From Octopus vulgaris (Eukaryota), in assembly GCA_951406725.2 (NCBI GenBank), contig OX597825.1, positions 30,008,001 to 30,072,000 on the forward strand: 64,000 bases of DNA. The letters run 5' to 3'. Position numbers and translations under genes: made by a program. Positions 27,050-41,044 of the stretch are shown here, one piece after another (the stretch's first letter is position 1; each line of letters begins with the position of its first letter). The notes beneath the pieces were generated by a model. It was not told the origin of the DNA. It saw only the letters and a list, made by a program, of their open reading frames with translations, and did not search any database.

Positions 27050-27380
27050 AATTGTTAGCCCGTCTCTTGTAATTTCGATCAATTGTATCTTGTCCTCCCT
27101 CTTGTATAGAAGTGTGGCTACAATCCAGCCTACCTCTACTTCTGATGGGAAGGGCATTTTTAATTTTTCTCCGGGACGTCCGACGTCTCAGATGTAAAGG
27201 TAAAAATAAAATATTTCCACTTTGCAAGTTCGAGTCGAGTACTCCCTTGCATGCTCTGTTGACTCGAACCTTGCTTCTATTGTGGTGAATTTACCACCTC
27301 TGATTAGATACCTTTCATATTCACACCAAGACACTTTTTGAAGGTGCTTTCCTCCATGTGTTCAAATCTTCTTTTTTCTC
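27050..27380 (-). mobile_element. Decayed LINE ORF1-like fragment (probably L1/Tx1 group)
   Basis: Reads RGGKFTTIEARFESTEHAREYSTR..LQSGNILFLPL..RRTSR..PSEVEVGWIVATLLY across frameshifts. Clade assignment is by recollection only. Confidence 0.5.
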
Positions 27381-28171
27381 TACATTGTATACACAGTGTT
27401 GTAGAGTCTTTGTGAAAATTACTTAATACAGTTTTACAAAGTATAAAAAAAGATTGTTTTTTAAATTACCTTCTTTAAATTACCACAGTTTGCCTATGGT
27501 TGAGCTTTAATAAAAGCATACCAGAACACTGTGGTTGTCCATCACTGAGCTATTATAAAACCTTACTAGAATTCTGTGGTCATGGTGTGTGGTGGTGAGT
27601 CATTTACATCCTGGATAGTTATCATGCTAGTCATCACTAAACAAGTCATTCCCTTCTTAGAACACAATCAGTCTCTCTGTAATAATTAATTCCTTGAATT
27701 TACTGATGTGTTAAATCAGAGAAAGAGAGAGAGAGAGAGAGAGGAAGAAAGAGTGGCCTGTAAAATTTAACATTTGCTCTGCCTTTTCCTTTAGGGGTAA
27801 ACTATATTGTACCTTCTTTCATTTTGCTCTGGGAGTTTATCACATCTGAGAGATTTTTGCAAAAGTGTCTGAAGTAGCTTGTTCAAAGCCTTTTGTTATT
27901 ATTATTATTATATAAGAATTTTCTGGAAACCATCAAAGCCTGATGTTTAGTTTAGTCTCATTTTAATCCACAGTATTTATTAAATTTTCTTCTTTAGTGC
28001 CAGTGTAATTGGTGGCTACCAATTATTTGTGCAGTGCTGCAGTATTAAAGAACTTATTTGGTTCAGCCATTTACTTGTACATAAGTAGTGAAAACACTTG
28101 AATTGTTCAATCAATATTTCACTTACCTTTGAGAGTTTAGGCTTTCTATTCTTGCAATGCACTCAAGCTGT

Positions 28172-28195
28172 GTTATTATTATTATCATCATCATC

Positions 28196-28227
<32 letters not shown>

Positions 28228-28335
28228 TTTTACTATTATTATTATTATCATTATTATTATTATTGCTATTATTATTGTTATTATTATTGTTATTGTTGTT
28301 GTTGTTGTTCTTCTTCGTCTTCTTCTTCTTCTTCC

Positions 28336-28392
<57 letters not shown>

Positions 28393-28509
28393 GTTGCTGT
28401 TGTTATCCTCATCATCATTATCATCATAATATTTGTTGTTATTGTTGTTGTTGTTCTTCTTCTTTTTCTTCGTCTTCTTCTTCTTCTTCTTCTTCTTCTT
28501 CTTCTTCTT

Positions 28510-28581
<72 letters not shown>

Positions 28582-28650
28582 TCTGTTGCTGTTGTTATCC
28601 TCACCAACATTATCATCATTATATTTGTTGTTGTTGTTGTTGTTGTTGTG
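28172..28650. repeat. Compound trinucleotide microsatellite (ATT/GTT/CTT/CAT) with a higher-order duplication
   Basis: The block tgttgctgttgttatcctca..cattatcatca.tatatttgttgtt occurs at about 28393 and again at about 28584. Confidence 0.85.
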
Positions 28651-30582
28651 TGTGTGTATGTGTGTGTGTGTATTTTCAGATCGATTGAAAAGCACAAGGG
28701 CTGATTTATGTTTTCCCCTACCCAAGTCTCTTTTACCACTCTCATTTTTGTTGTTGTTGTTGTTGTCATTGTTAGTGGAGGAGGGCATCTTATTTATTAT
28801 CTATGGCTGACATTATTAAGTGGTGTCTTTCTCTGTCAGTGCTTTGTCCATCTAATCAATTTCAGATCTACGTCTCGTGAGAGCTGTTTTTGTTCCTCAG
28901 AAATTATATTTTTGTGAATATTGGCCTTCTTCTCTGGAACATATGTAATGCTTATAGTTTGCACATTAACGACACTAATTGCTTCAGTTTCCTGTCGTTT
29001 TCATGAATGGAAAGAACTTTACAGCAGTTCAGCTTAGAGAGATTAGATTTCTTTCTTAATTGATTTCTTGCAAGGCATTAGATGATTCAGGTTGGACAAA
29101 ATTACAGTGCTTCTTGCGAAGTGCTGAGATATAGGGTTTGGATAACCATACAATATTAATTTTACTATCTTTCAGTCAGGAGAAAAGGCAGTGCATCAGC
29201 TCTTTACAGGGTTTTCAAAGTATTGGGAGTGGAGGAAGTATCCACAAATTAGGGACCTGGCTCAATGTTTGAAACAGGAGGGGACATTACTAAAGGCACC
29301 AAAGAGGCCAGGTGGTGGGTTAAACTAGGTGATGGATTAAGTCTACACCCAGGTAGACCATGGTAGGATTTGAACTCAGTATGCAAAAAGTCAAGACAAG
29401 CACTGCAAGGCATCCATTTCAATTTCTTTTACAGTTCTGCCAACTTCCTCACGTTGGTATTTTTATCTCTCTCACCTCAAGGATTGAAATATAAAGGTGA
29501 TCTTGAAGTCTTTTGAATTATGAGTTCATAAGCAACACAAGGCATTTTATCCAATACACTAATGAATCTGCCAATTTCGGGGTTGATAAATTAAGTACTA
29601 GTTATGCACTGGGGTCGATGTAATCGACTTAATACCTTTGTCTGTCCTTGTTTGTCCCCTCTATGTTTAGCCCTTTGTGGGCAATAAAGAAATAAGAAAT
29701 AAATGTCTTGCTATAGAAGAGGTGCATGGTTACCCAGTGAGAGAGAGAAAGAGAGAAAGAGAGAAAAGAGAGGTACAGAAAGCAAACAGAAACAAGTGTG
29801 CTGGTGTAAAGGTGATACTTAGTAACCTAGTCAGAGGAAAAACAAGAGAGAGAGTTACCAAAGGAAAAGAGAGAGAGAGAGAGAGAGAATAGGAAAAAGC
29901 AGAAGTGGAAGAGAGAACAGAAGCGAGATGGTGTAGTACTGGGGTATACTCACAAGTAATGAGACCATGGAGCTTAGAACCTGGTTAGAAAATTAGGGGC
30001 GGGGGTTTGGGGAGCAGAGATACAGTGAGCCGGGCAGTGAGGGAAAGAAAGGAGATTGGAAAACAACCATAATTTATGAAGAGGAAATGTGAGGAAGAGA
30101 AAGATGCAATAAGAAAAGGAGTTGTAGTTTCTTAGGGTAGAGTAGGTGAAAATTGATTCGTGGGTGGGCCTTGTATCTGCAATTCCATATTCTCCATTGT
30201 TACTGCTTTTGCAGAACCTGGAACTTCAAAAAGATTTATCTGTGCTTATTAGCACCTAATCTATGTATTATCACTGTTTTTCAGCTGCTTCTCATTTAGA
30301 TAATCCTCGCTTTCAATGGATTAGTTTTGATAATGGCTGTTGATTATTATTTCTATTATCGTAAAACAAATGCCTTGTAACAACATCGATTCCTTTCTTG
30401 TCTTTCATGAGTTTTATATTTTGACATTATGATGTCATCATTGTAGTTTTAACGTCTCCTTTTCCATGCTTGTATGGTACTGATGTTTGTTTACAATTAG
30501 TGCACAATGTCCAGACAAGGAGACACACACACTCACTCACACACACATACACACACACACATACACATGACAAGTTTCTTTT

Positions 30583-30780
30583 CATCATCATCATCATCAT
30601 CATCGTTTAACGTCCGTTCTCCATGCTAGCATGGGTTGGACGGTTCGACTGGGGTTCTGGGAAGCCAGAAGGCTGCACCAGGCTCCAGTCTAATCTGGCA
30701 CTGTTTCTACAGCTGGATGCCCTTCCTAACGCCAACCACTCCGTGAGTGTAGTGGGTGCTTTTTACGTGCCACCTGCACA
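30583..30780 (-). mobile_element. RTE LINE 3' end
   Basis: (CAT)n followed by the conserved 3' UTR. Confidence 0.85.
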
Positions 30781-30782
30781 GT

Positions 30783-31198
30783 TTCTTATTTATTTACTGC
30801 CCATAAGGGGCTTCACACAGAGGGGACAAACAAGGACAGACAAACAGATTAAGTCGATTATATCGACCCCAGTGCGTAACTAGTACTTATCTAATTAACC
30901 CCAAATGGATGAAAGGCAAAGTCGACCTCGGCGGAACTTGAACTCAGAACATAGCGGCAGATGAAATGCCTATCTCTTTACTACCCACAAGGAGCTAAAC
31001 ACAGAGGGGATGAACAAGGACAGACAAACGGATTAAGTTGATTATATCAACCCCAGTGCATAACTGGTACTTGTTTAATCAACCCCGAAAGGATGAAAGG
31101 CAAAGTCGACCTCAGCAGAATTTCAACTCAGAACATAATGGCAGACGAAATACTGCTAAGCATTTCACCTGGTGTGCTAACGTTTCTGCCAGATTGCC
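30783..31198 (-). mobile_element. Tandem dimer of SINE family 3
   Basis: Two head-to-tail copies, about 30783-30965 and 30966-31198. Confidence 0.85.
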
Positions 31199-32226
31199 TC
31201 GTTTCTTTTCAGTTTCTATCTACCAAATTAACTTATGAATCTATGGTTAACCCGAGACCATAAGGGAAAACACTTGCACAAGGTGCCGTGTGGTAGCTCT
31301 GAACCTAGATCCAAAGGGGTTACAAGTAAAACCTCTGAACCATACAGCCATGACTGACTTGTTTCAAAAAGGATGAAGGTTCCTTCCCAAGCTGTAGGCT
31401 CACAGGGCCATGACCCCACCACCACCACTCCTAGATGGAATATCTGCATGTCGTAGGGTCACAAACTTTGTTGCTAGGTGAGAGGACTGGACCAATGTGA
31501 AATGAAGTGTTCTGCTCAAACACACAGTGCATTTCCAAGTCCAGGAATTGAGATCACAGTCTACATTCATGAGTGCAACAACCGAGCCACAAAGCCATAT
31601 GCCTCCACCCTCAAATATTTATAACCATTATTATCAGAAGATGAGAGATGTGATAGAGTATGTGTGCATATGTACATGTGTGTGTGTGCATACGTGCATG
31701 TTAGTGTGTGCATACGTGCATGTGAGTGTGTGTATGTGTGTATGCGTCTGGGTTTGTGTGAGCATGTGTGTGTTTCTGTAGTGTGTGTGTGTGCATTTGT
31801 ATGATTGTGTTTGCGTATGCACATGTGTGTGTATATTTCTGTATGCATGTGTGTTTGTGAGTGTACATGTGTGTGTATGTTTCTGCGTGTGCATGTGTGT
31901 GTGTATGTGTGTATGCATGTGTGTGTGTGTGTGCACGTGCACATGTGTGTGTATGTGCGTATGCATGCATGCATGTTCTTGTTCCCGACATTTTTTAACA
32001 TCATGTTTTTTCATGAATCTGTCACTCTGAAAAAAATACTTGTTTACTTGCAGGATTTCTAAAGACGTTGCAGCTTCAATGCAAGAATTTTGATTGATGG
32101 AACCATTTGCTGTTTTCAAAATACTTGCCAACACATCTATGTATGGCTTCACTATAGTATATGAGCAAGCAATCTTACAACTTGTGCTACATATCCTATG
32201 GAATCCAAGGCTCCTCGGGGCATCTT

Positions 32227-32253
32227 CTATAAATCTGTCGGCAGCAAATCCTT
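32227..32253 (-). CDS. Candidate exon after acceptor ttctgagttttcctgcag (phase 0: KDLLPTDL*; phase 1 open to about 32048)
   Basis: Unique, GC-richer island with a good acceptor. The frame is ambiguous, and a plus-strand acceptor at 32053 is also possible. Confidence 0.25.
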   Translation of the reverse strand, partial: KDLLPTDL

Positions 32254-32869
32254 CTGCAGGAAAACTCAGAATTGTAGAAATAGATGCCAATTAGGTTTTT
32301 ATCTCTGTTTTTTTTTTGACGTTTGTTTATTTATTTTTTCAGAATATATGCAAAAAAGAAAAAGGAAGACAATTTTAAGGATCATTGGAGTGTAAATTTT
32401 TTTTATCTGTCAAAACCAAGGGAAGCAGAAAAAAAAGTGGAAGAGGATAGAAAGTTCAAATTATATACAATACCAAGAAAAATGTAGAAAAGCATACCTC
32501 TCTTGTTATTTGAAGCGACCAAGTAATGTTATTTCTGTTACTGATTCTACTTAGACACCAGATATAAGCCTCTTGTTAATTAACGAAGATTATAAACATT
32601 GGTAAACTTATCTTTAATCTAATTTTGACAATGTGTCATTTTATATTTGATTCAAAAATGATTATAAATATTCACTTGACATTGAGAGAAAGAATTAAAA
32701 ATGCACCTGCAAGCAACCTTATTATATGTTTTGTAATAAAGAAAAGTATTCTTGAAAATATGAACCGCTCACAGCAAGAGAAAATGAAATGTAGTTTGTT
32801 ATTAAATGAATAAAAATAGAGTGATGGAAATGAGAAAATGGTGAATCTTAATTAATTTGTTTATATATA

Positions 32870-34457
32870 TGAGGGGTATTCAAAAGTTAAGTTCACTTTC
32901 ACCAGAAACTCTCTTTAGGTTGCTGTACTGCTTTTAGCATTTGCTTGCTAAAAGGTGGTATTCTTATGGTTATGTAACTCAGGTTTTGATTTTCATCACT
33001 CCAGTTTTCTTTCTTGAGTTACATAGTAAACATGGCCACTCCCCTGGCAGTGTGCACCGAAGAAGAAAACAGACAAGTGACCTTATATCTCTGGTCTGAA
33101 TATTTTTTAGGGGCTGAAATTCATTGCAGGCTTTCAGTACATGGTGTAATAATACCATGTACAAATGTGTATGAGTGGATCAAAAAGTTTAAAAATGCTT
33201 GGACAAGCATGAAGCATGAAGTGGAAGCAAGAAGCCCATCCACCTCCAATACTTATGCAAAAATTCCTCAAGCCAGAGAGATGGTTCTGGTGAATCAATG
33301 AGTGACTATCGATGAGGTGGTATGTCATCTGCCAATTAGTCATAGTTCTGCATATGGAATCATCCACAACAAACAGGTTTTGTTTGTTTGTTTGTTCCTT
33401 CTTGAGCCATGCCTGGCTCATAAGGCCTGGTTCCCCAGTTTCCTTGGCGTAGAGGTTCTTCACCTGGACAGGATGCCAGTCCATTGCAGGTGAGCTGCAA
33501 GATGCAGGAGGAAAGAATGAGAGAAAGTTATGGCAAAAGAGTGACAGAAAGTCATGGCGAAAGTGTCAGCAGAAGTTCGTCATTACCTTCTGCTGGAGCC
33601 ACGTGGAGCTTAGGTGTTTCACTCATAAACACACACATCGATCGGTCTGAAATTCAAACAAGTGATCCCTCGACCACGAGTCCGTTGTTCTAACCACTAG
33701 GCCATGTGCCTCCACTGTCTGAGATAGGTACATAAGCGCAATCATTTGGAGATCTATCAACTCTTACTTAACTGTTGCAATGATGAAGTTGAAGTGTTTT
33801 TGGAGAGAAAATAGTCACCAATGAGATCTGGACCTATCACTTTGAACTAGAATCTAAAAGACAGAGGTTGGAGTGGAAACATTGAGAATTGCCAGTGGAA
33901 AAGAAATTTCCAACTAAATCTTTCACAGTAAAAGTGATGCTAACCATCTTTTGAAATGCAAAAGAGCTTATACTGGAACACTACCTGGGAAAGGGGCCTA
34001 CAGTCACCAGTGTAGACTACACTAGAATGCTGGCCAACAAACTGAAATCAGCATTTCACATCAAAAACTAAGGCCTATTGTCAAAGCAGGTGTTATTGTT
34101 GCACAACAACGCACACCCATATATGGCTACCCATACAGTTGAAACCATTGGAAAATTGGGTTTTGATTTGCTGGAACACTCTGCATAGAGTCCAAATTTT
34201 ACCCCTTCTGACTATCATCTTTTTGGACCACTCAGACATCCTTCAAGAGGTCGTCAATTTGCTATAGATGAAGAAGCTCAGGAAACAGAGCATAATTGGC
34301 TGAGGGATCAACTGAAAACCTTCTTCTCCAATGAAATAAGCAAGCTTGAGGACTGCTGGAAGAAGAGCACCAAAACACAAGGAGACTATGTCAAGAAAAA
34401 TTAACAGAATGCAGTAATGCAGAAACAAGTGTGTGTATAATTTTTTATTTACTCTAG
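32870..34457 (+). mobile_element. Decayed mariner transposon interrupted by a SINE
   Basis: MATPLAVCTEEENRQV..LWSE..GAEIH from 33032, then KVMLTIF, LLLHNNAHPY, SPNFTPSDYHLFGPL and QGDYVKKN* at 34404. Confidence 0.9.
33380..33715 (-). mobile_element. SINE family 1 variant nested in the mariner element
   Basis: tRNA-like head at 33640-33715 and an (AAAC)n tail. Confidence 0.85.
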
Positions 34458-34471
34458 TATGTCTGTATGTA

Positions 34472-34510
<39 letters not shown>

Positions 34511-34587
34511 GTGTGTGTGTGTGGTGTGTGTGTGTATGTATATATGTATATACATGTATACACACACTTACATATAATATATATATC

Positions 34588-34765
34588 TTCATCATAATCA
34601 TCATTTAAAGTCTGCTTTCCATGCTAGCATGGGTTGGACGATTTAACTGAGGACTGGGGAACCAGATGGCTGTACCAGGCTCCAATCTTATCTGGTAGAG
34701 TTTCTACAGCTGGATACCCTTCTTAATGTCAACCATTGCGAGAGTGTAGTGGGTGCTTTTACGAG
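34588..34765 (-). mobile_element. RTE LINE 3' end
   Basis: Conserved 3' UTR. Confidence 0.8.
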
Positions 34766-34772
34766 GGCTAGT

Positions 34773-34809
<37 letters not shown>

Positions 34810-35303
34810 AACATATATGTACATATGAATATATATATATATACGGAAGGGGATAGACAGACAGGCAGACAGATAGATAGATAGACAGACAGACAGATAG
34901 ATAGATAGTTAAATAGATAGATTGATAGATAGGTATACAATACACATTTAGATGCATGCACACACAAATGCACACGTATATAAACATAATCTTGCTGACA
35001 TTTACATCATCACCATTATCTTGGACTTGCTCTTGAAAGCTGGTGGTATTGGCTGTTGATGATATCTTTGTTTACCATGAAGCCATTTTCCCGGTGGCAT
35101 TATCTACCATTACCATATTACAGGTTGTGACCATTCTTATGGAGATGGAGGCATATTTTTCTCTCAATTTTGGTTCCATAAATTAAATTCAGATCAAATT
35201 TAATACTCAACAACTCATTTTCAAACTTCATAATGTTGTCCCATACCCAAGTATGTTGGGCCCAACTTGCTACACTTGGTACTGTGAGTTAACAAATAAT
35301 CTA

Positions 35304-35365
35304 TTATCCTGGATAGGGTCCACTTCCAGGGACTGTCAACCGAGTCTTCTCAAACCGAGGCTTAT
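35304..35365 (-). CDS. Candidate last exon (xKPRFEKTRLTVPGSGPYPG*)
   Basis: Acceptor ctgattgcaattctag (phase 1), or ccttattacag at 35388 (phase 0, same frame), in a GC-richer unique island. Confidence 0.2.
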
Positions 35366-36059
35366 CTAGAATTGCAATCAGTTTGCTCTGTAATAAGGAC
35401 TGAGATCACTACTCAGCTGCAGCAACTTTTGTCATACATAAGTAAAAAAACCAGTGCCTACTTGCAATTTTACAATGTATTCATGGAAGTGACAGAAGAA
35501 AAGAGAGAGAGAGAGGAGAGATAAATGTAGGTGGCTGGCACTTAAACCAAGTTGTTGCTTGACAGATGGACCAAGGGAACCATCTTGCTCATTGCACACC
35601 CTCCTCCCTGATAGATCGAAGGCTTGTACCACCCGACAGCTAGCTGGCTCTGGCTGCTGAAACTGAAACTAACACAACTCTGTTGGATGATAAATCTGGA
35701 GAGGGTGCAGGCCTTCCCCTCCATTGGTCAGTTGAAACTTAGATTGTATCACATGACAGTTATCTGGCACTGGCTGCTGGAGCCTACCAGCAAGTATTTA
35801 AAGTGAAATTTGGCTGAGGGTCATTCACCTGCTGACATTCGATGAGGCTGCATCGAAGAAACCAAAGAACAAAAGGCCAAAGCAAATACGTAAAAAACAC
35901 ACTCAACGCCAGAGCTGAAAACACATCTGAAAGGAGTGGGGGATTGCCACGTCGAAAACGGTAGAGGTGTAGGGGCTGAAACTGGATGTGGTTCCTCCTG
36001 AGGATTTCCTTAGCCACTGGATCCTATAAAAGAGCTGTTGAGGTAACAAACTATGAAAT

Positions 36060-36445
36060 CATCATCATCATTGTTTGACGTCCGTTTTTCATGCTAGCAT
36101 GGGTTGGATGGTTCGACTGGGGTCTGGGAAGCCAAGAGGCTGCACCAAGCTCCAGTCTGATCTGGCAGTGTTTCTACAACTGGATGTTCTTCCTAACGCC
36201 AACTACTCCGAGAGTGTAGTGGGTGCTTTGTATGTGCCACCGGCACAGGGGGCAGGTGAGACTGGCAACATCCATGATAGGTTGGCACCTTTTACATGCT
36301 ACCGGCACAGATGCCAGTCAAGGCAGCGCTGGCATCAGCCACGTTTGGATGGTGTTTTTTACATGCCACCAGCATGGATATCACAACTACCATTTCAATT
36401 TGATTTTTATTTTGATGTTGACGTACTTGACTCAATAGGTCTCCT
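36060..36445 (-). mobile_element. RTE LINE 3' UTR
   Basis: Matches 48841-49370. Confidence 0.85.
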
Positions 36446-36662
36446 CTGTGGTTGGAATTTCTCAGAATGTACTTATGCCTGATATGTAGATACAAGTATA
36501 TAGATATGTCCATTAGTGAACTTAAGTATTTTAGTGTGTTTATCACACTTTATGCTGACTGGTAAATATACAGACAAGTAGACAGATAGATTGATAGACG
36601 TTTAGATTAATAGAGAGTAAACGTACATAGGTATGTAGATAGATAGATAGATAGATAGATAT

Positions 36663-36990
36663 GTTTCTTTATTTGCCACACAGGGCTGCACATAGACGAG
36701 ACAGATTACAGAGTAGAGCTTTGGGGGGGGAGAAAAAAAGTGGGGTAGGTTTTCGTTTAAAAGGGTTCGTAAAAAGGGGAAAAAAAGAAAAAAAAGGAAA
36801 GAAAAAAGGAAAAGAAAAAATCGATCAATAGGGATCGTGTATCACAGAAATGTCATGATGCAAAGTGTAAAGGGGGAAGCAGATAAGGTGTTTATCTGTG
36901 GAAAGAAAAGTCTAGAGAAAAGACCACGGTAACCTCAGTCAATAATGTCACATGTTAATACATTTGTTTGCAAGTAACTGTCTGTTTTTA
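36663..36990 (-). mobile_element. LINE 3' end (probably L1/Tx1-like) sharing its tail with SINE family 3
   Basis: The minus strand ends ctatgtgcagccctgtgtggcaaataaagaaac, similar to the SINE-3 tail. It lies between (GATA)n tracts. Confidence 0.55.
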
Positions 36991-37032
36991 ATTTTTCTGG
37001 GTTCATAGGATTATGCTCAAGGTGGCTTCGTC

Positions 37033-37125
<93 letters not shown>

Positions 37126-37594
37126 TATAGGTAGATAGTTAAACAGAGACAGAAAGATAGAGACAGGCAAATATACAGAGATGGACAAACATATAGACAT
37201 AGACAAATACAGAAGGATAGCTTGATAAGATAAGCATCAAATTTGTAAAATTTGTTAAAGAAAACATAAGAAGATATATTTTCATCATTGAGCAGCTGAT
37301 TTTGATTCTTTCATTTCACTTTTGCCTCTAACAATCAAAACACAGAAAATTAAAGAAAGACCTGAAATTAAATTGAAAATTGTTTCTGGAGAAAATGAAT
37401 TTGAAGTATAATTGCAGTGGAATTATGCATTGTTTGAAAAGTTATTCTTTACAGAAATATTTACATTCAAATAAAATGGATAAAATACACATTGATAGTT
37501 TTATAAGTGGTTTCATTTCTATTTCTATTAATCTTTCTGTTCTGAGACTGGCATCAACTTCAAATGTTAGCCAAAATTTGAATATATAGACATG

Positions 37595-37635
<41 letters not shown>

Positions 37636-38338
37636 GTAAGACACCTGCTGTTAACCATTCTTGTTTTTAATTTTGTTTTCGTTTTTTTGTATTTATATTC
37701 GTCTCTGTTGTGTTTACATTCGTTCCTTTTACCAAGAAATCTAATGCTCACAGCTTAGTTTTTTCCTTGGGGCTGGCCGTGTTGGAGCAAATATTAGAAT
37801 TAATCAGCCGAAATTTGCTATGATGATCCGGTTTCTGACTGAAGATTAAAGGCTTCGAATGACCTGTCTGTTTTCTGTGTTCGTCTCTTTATATATAAAT
37901 TTTTATTCCTATATATATATATATTTATATATATATACACACACACACATATATATATATATACACATAAATAATAATTTTTTGAGTAATAAGATAAAAA
38001 AGGAAGGCTGTGTAGATATTAGAGCATTTATAGCAGTTTCTAGGATATTTATTAATTATATCCCTTCATTGGAGATGGTGTGAGATGATAGTTAAGTCAT
38101 AGTTAGTTTAGATGTGATACAAAATAGAGAGTGAGGCACCAGGAAAGAAAATAGATGCAAGGTATGTATACTGGGCTTCGTATATTTTCCCCTTGTTTCA
38201 TTTTGATGGCATGCAATGCTCTCTCACTCAATAATAGTAATGATACATATATTGAGGCATTTTATATATAGATATGTATGTGTGTGTATGTGTGTATATG
38301 AATGCATCTGAATATGTATACATTTATCTGTCTATCTA

Positions 38339-38427
<89 letters not shown>

Positions 38428-38936
38428 CTATCTATCTATCTATCTATCTATATATATATATATATATGTATGTGTGTATGTGTGTGTGTGTATGCATGTA
38501 TGTATTTATGTATATATAAGCATGTGTGAGCATGTGCATCTATCTATAATGTGATTGATGGCAAAGCATGCACACACATGTATACACACACACACACACA
38601 CACACAAATGAATGTACACAACTCATTCTTTTAATGGTACGACTACACTTTATAACTTACAACTTAAGAACAAAAAATTGGGCATTTTCTAAAATAGTCA
38701 TACAGAAATATTTCTGTTCCCTTTATTTTCAAGATATAATTAAAAATTTTTTTTTATAACAATTACATTGATTTAGTGTTTGACTGTGACAGTTGACAGT
38801 TCCCACTCTCAGGGTCCTCATCATGCATTGGCATAAAACATAATTTCTTTTTAATGAAGGCACACGACTATTTCACACATTAATGTACACGCAGTTATGG
38901 AAATATTTTCCCTGTCTTAAAATATCTTAGAAGAGA

Positions 38937-39091
38937 AGGCTGTGTGGTAAGTAGCTTGCTTACGAACCACATGGTTCCGGGTTCAGTCCCACCGCATGGC
39001 ACCTTGGGTAAGTGTCCTCTACTATAGCCTTGGGCCGACCAAAGCGTTGTGAGTGGATTTGCCTGCCAGAAACTAAAAGAAGCCCGTTGTA

Positions 39092-39161
<70 letters not shown>

Positions 39162-39333
39162 CATATGTAAGTATGTGGTGAAACAACTTGTTGCTAAACC
39201 CTCAATTATAGTTATAATTATATAAAAAATCTTTTTGTACAAGTTTTTACCGATAAATGTTTTTTTTTCCATACCAAAACTACTTGGTAAAATTTATTAA
39301 TTATTAAATTAATAATTCTTTACCCTATATCTG

Positions 39334-39366
<33 letters not shown>

Positions 39367-39430
39367 TTGTCCCCGAAACATTGCTTGACAACCGATGCTG
39401 GTGTGTTTACGTCACCTGTAACTTAGCGTA
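38937..39430 (+). mobile_element. SINE family 2 split by an insertion in its internal (TA)n
   Basis: Head at 38937-39090 and continuation at 39345-39428. Confidence 0.75.
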
Positions 39431-40922
39431 TTATTGTGGTGGTGTGTGACTTTAGTAGTTAGGGTGTTGGACTTGTGATTGTACGATTGTGGTTTCAGTT
39501 CCTGTTCTGGGTGACACATTGTGTTCTTGAGCAAAACACTTCATTTCACATTGTTCTAGTTCCCTTAACTGGTAAAAAGGAGTTACCCTGTGACGGGTTG
39601 GCGTCCCCTCTAGGTAGAGAAATATGTATATGCCATGGAAACCCATCATAAGAGTCTATATGACTCTGGAAGGGATTTTACCTTACTATTTTTTACTTTT
39701 ATATTATGAGAGGCACATGACACATATCATCCACCTCCTCCCCCTCCTCCTCTACCACCTCCTCCACCTCCTCCACCTCCTCCTCCACCTCCACCCCCTC
39801 CTCCTCCACCTTCTCCTCTTCCTCCGTTTCTTCCTCCCCTCCTTCTCCTCCTCCTCCTCCTCCTCATTATCATCAGTTCAGCTTAATATTTCCCTCATGG
39901 CCAGGTATGTTCTCACAAAATATTCAGCAAATGAATAGCGTTCATGTACAATATTATATCATGTGAAAACAAGGAGACAAAACTCACACACACACACACA
40001 CACACACATACACACAAACACACACACACACACACATAAATGTGTGAATGAAATTTTGTAAGAATTATGAACCTTCACCATAAATTGACAATTTATTTTA
40101 GTCAACATAAGAGGAAGGCTCACAATTCTATTTAAAAAACATACATGCATATATATGTATGAGTGTGTTTGTATGTATGTATGCATGTATGTATGTATAT
40201 CTATACTTATATCTATATATATGTGTGTGTGTGTGTGTATACATCAAATGCTTCTTTCTGTTTGTATCTACCAAATTCAATCAGAAGTCTTTGACCAGCC
40301 TGGGGCTATAGTAGAAGACACTTGCTCAAGGTGCCATGCAGTAAGACTGAACCTGAAACCAAGCGATTGGGAAGCAAATGTCTTGACAACATGAATGAAA
40401 CAGACAGAAGATGGTATAATTAAACATCTTATAAATAATGAATTCTCATGTTTGTTTCCTATTATAAATATACACTGTGAAACATTCAAACCTAGAATTC
40501 ATATCAAAAAATACTATTACAATACACAAATAGAAATTCACATGGAGTTCATTCACATGTCAGACAATTTGAGAATTTAACATCTAAATTGTGCTATATG
40601 AATACATACATACATGCTTACACATACACACACACACACAAACATGCATACACACACACACATACATAAGGGGCAGATAGGGTATAAAGTTAGGGTGTTT
40701 CCAGAGAATCAGTTGACTGAAATACAGGGCTGTCGACACTGCCAGGTTCCAGGTGAAAGTCAGAATTCTTCAGGTTTAGAAAATTCAAGTTTCACAATGT
40801 TTCCATCATAAAGTGGGTTAGGCAAAGAGTAATTAATCCAAATGATAACAAGAAGACCAAGAAAATTCTCAAATCATTAAAATGTATTCAAGAATTTTAT
40901 TTGTCTTCTTCTTATCATTTGG

Positions 40923-41032
<110 letters not shown>

Positions 41033-41044
41033 TCATCCTCATAT

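Noticed and set aside
28098-28810. Poly-N/K/I/L ORFs of 125-221 aa
   Set aside because: They arise from trinucleotide repeats that are open in several frames.
31634-32290. 218-aa ORF as a single-exon gene
   Set aside because: The C-terminal half is (CA)n and the start is non-ATG; only a possible exon portion was kept.
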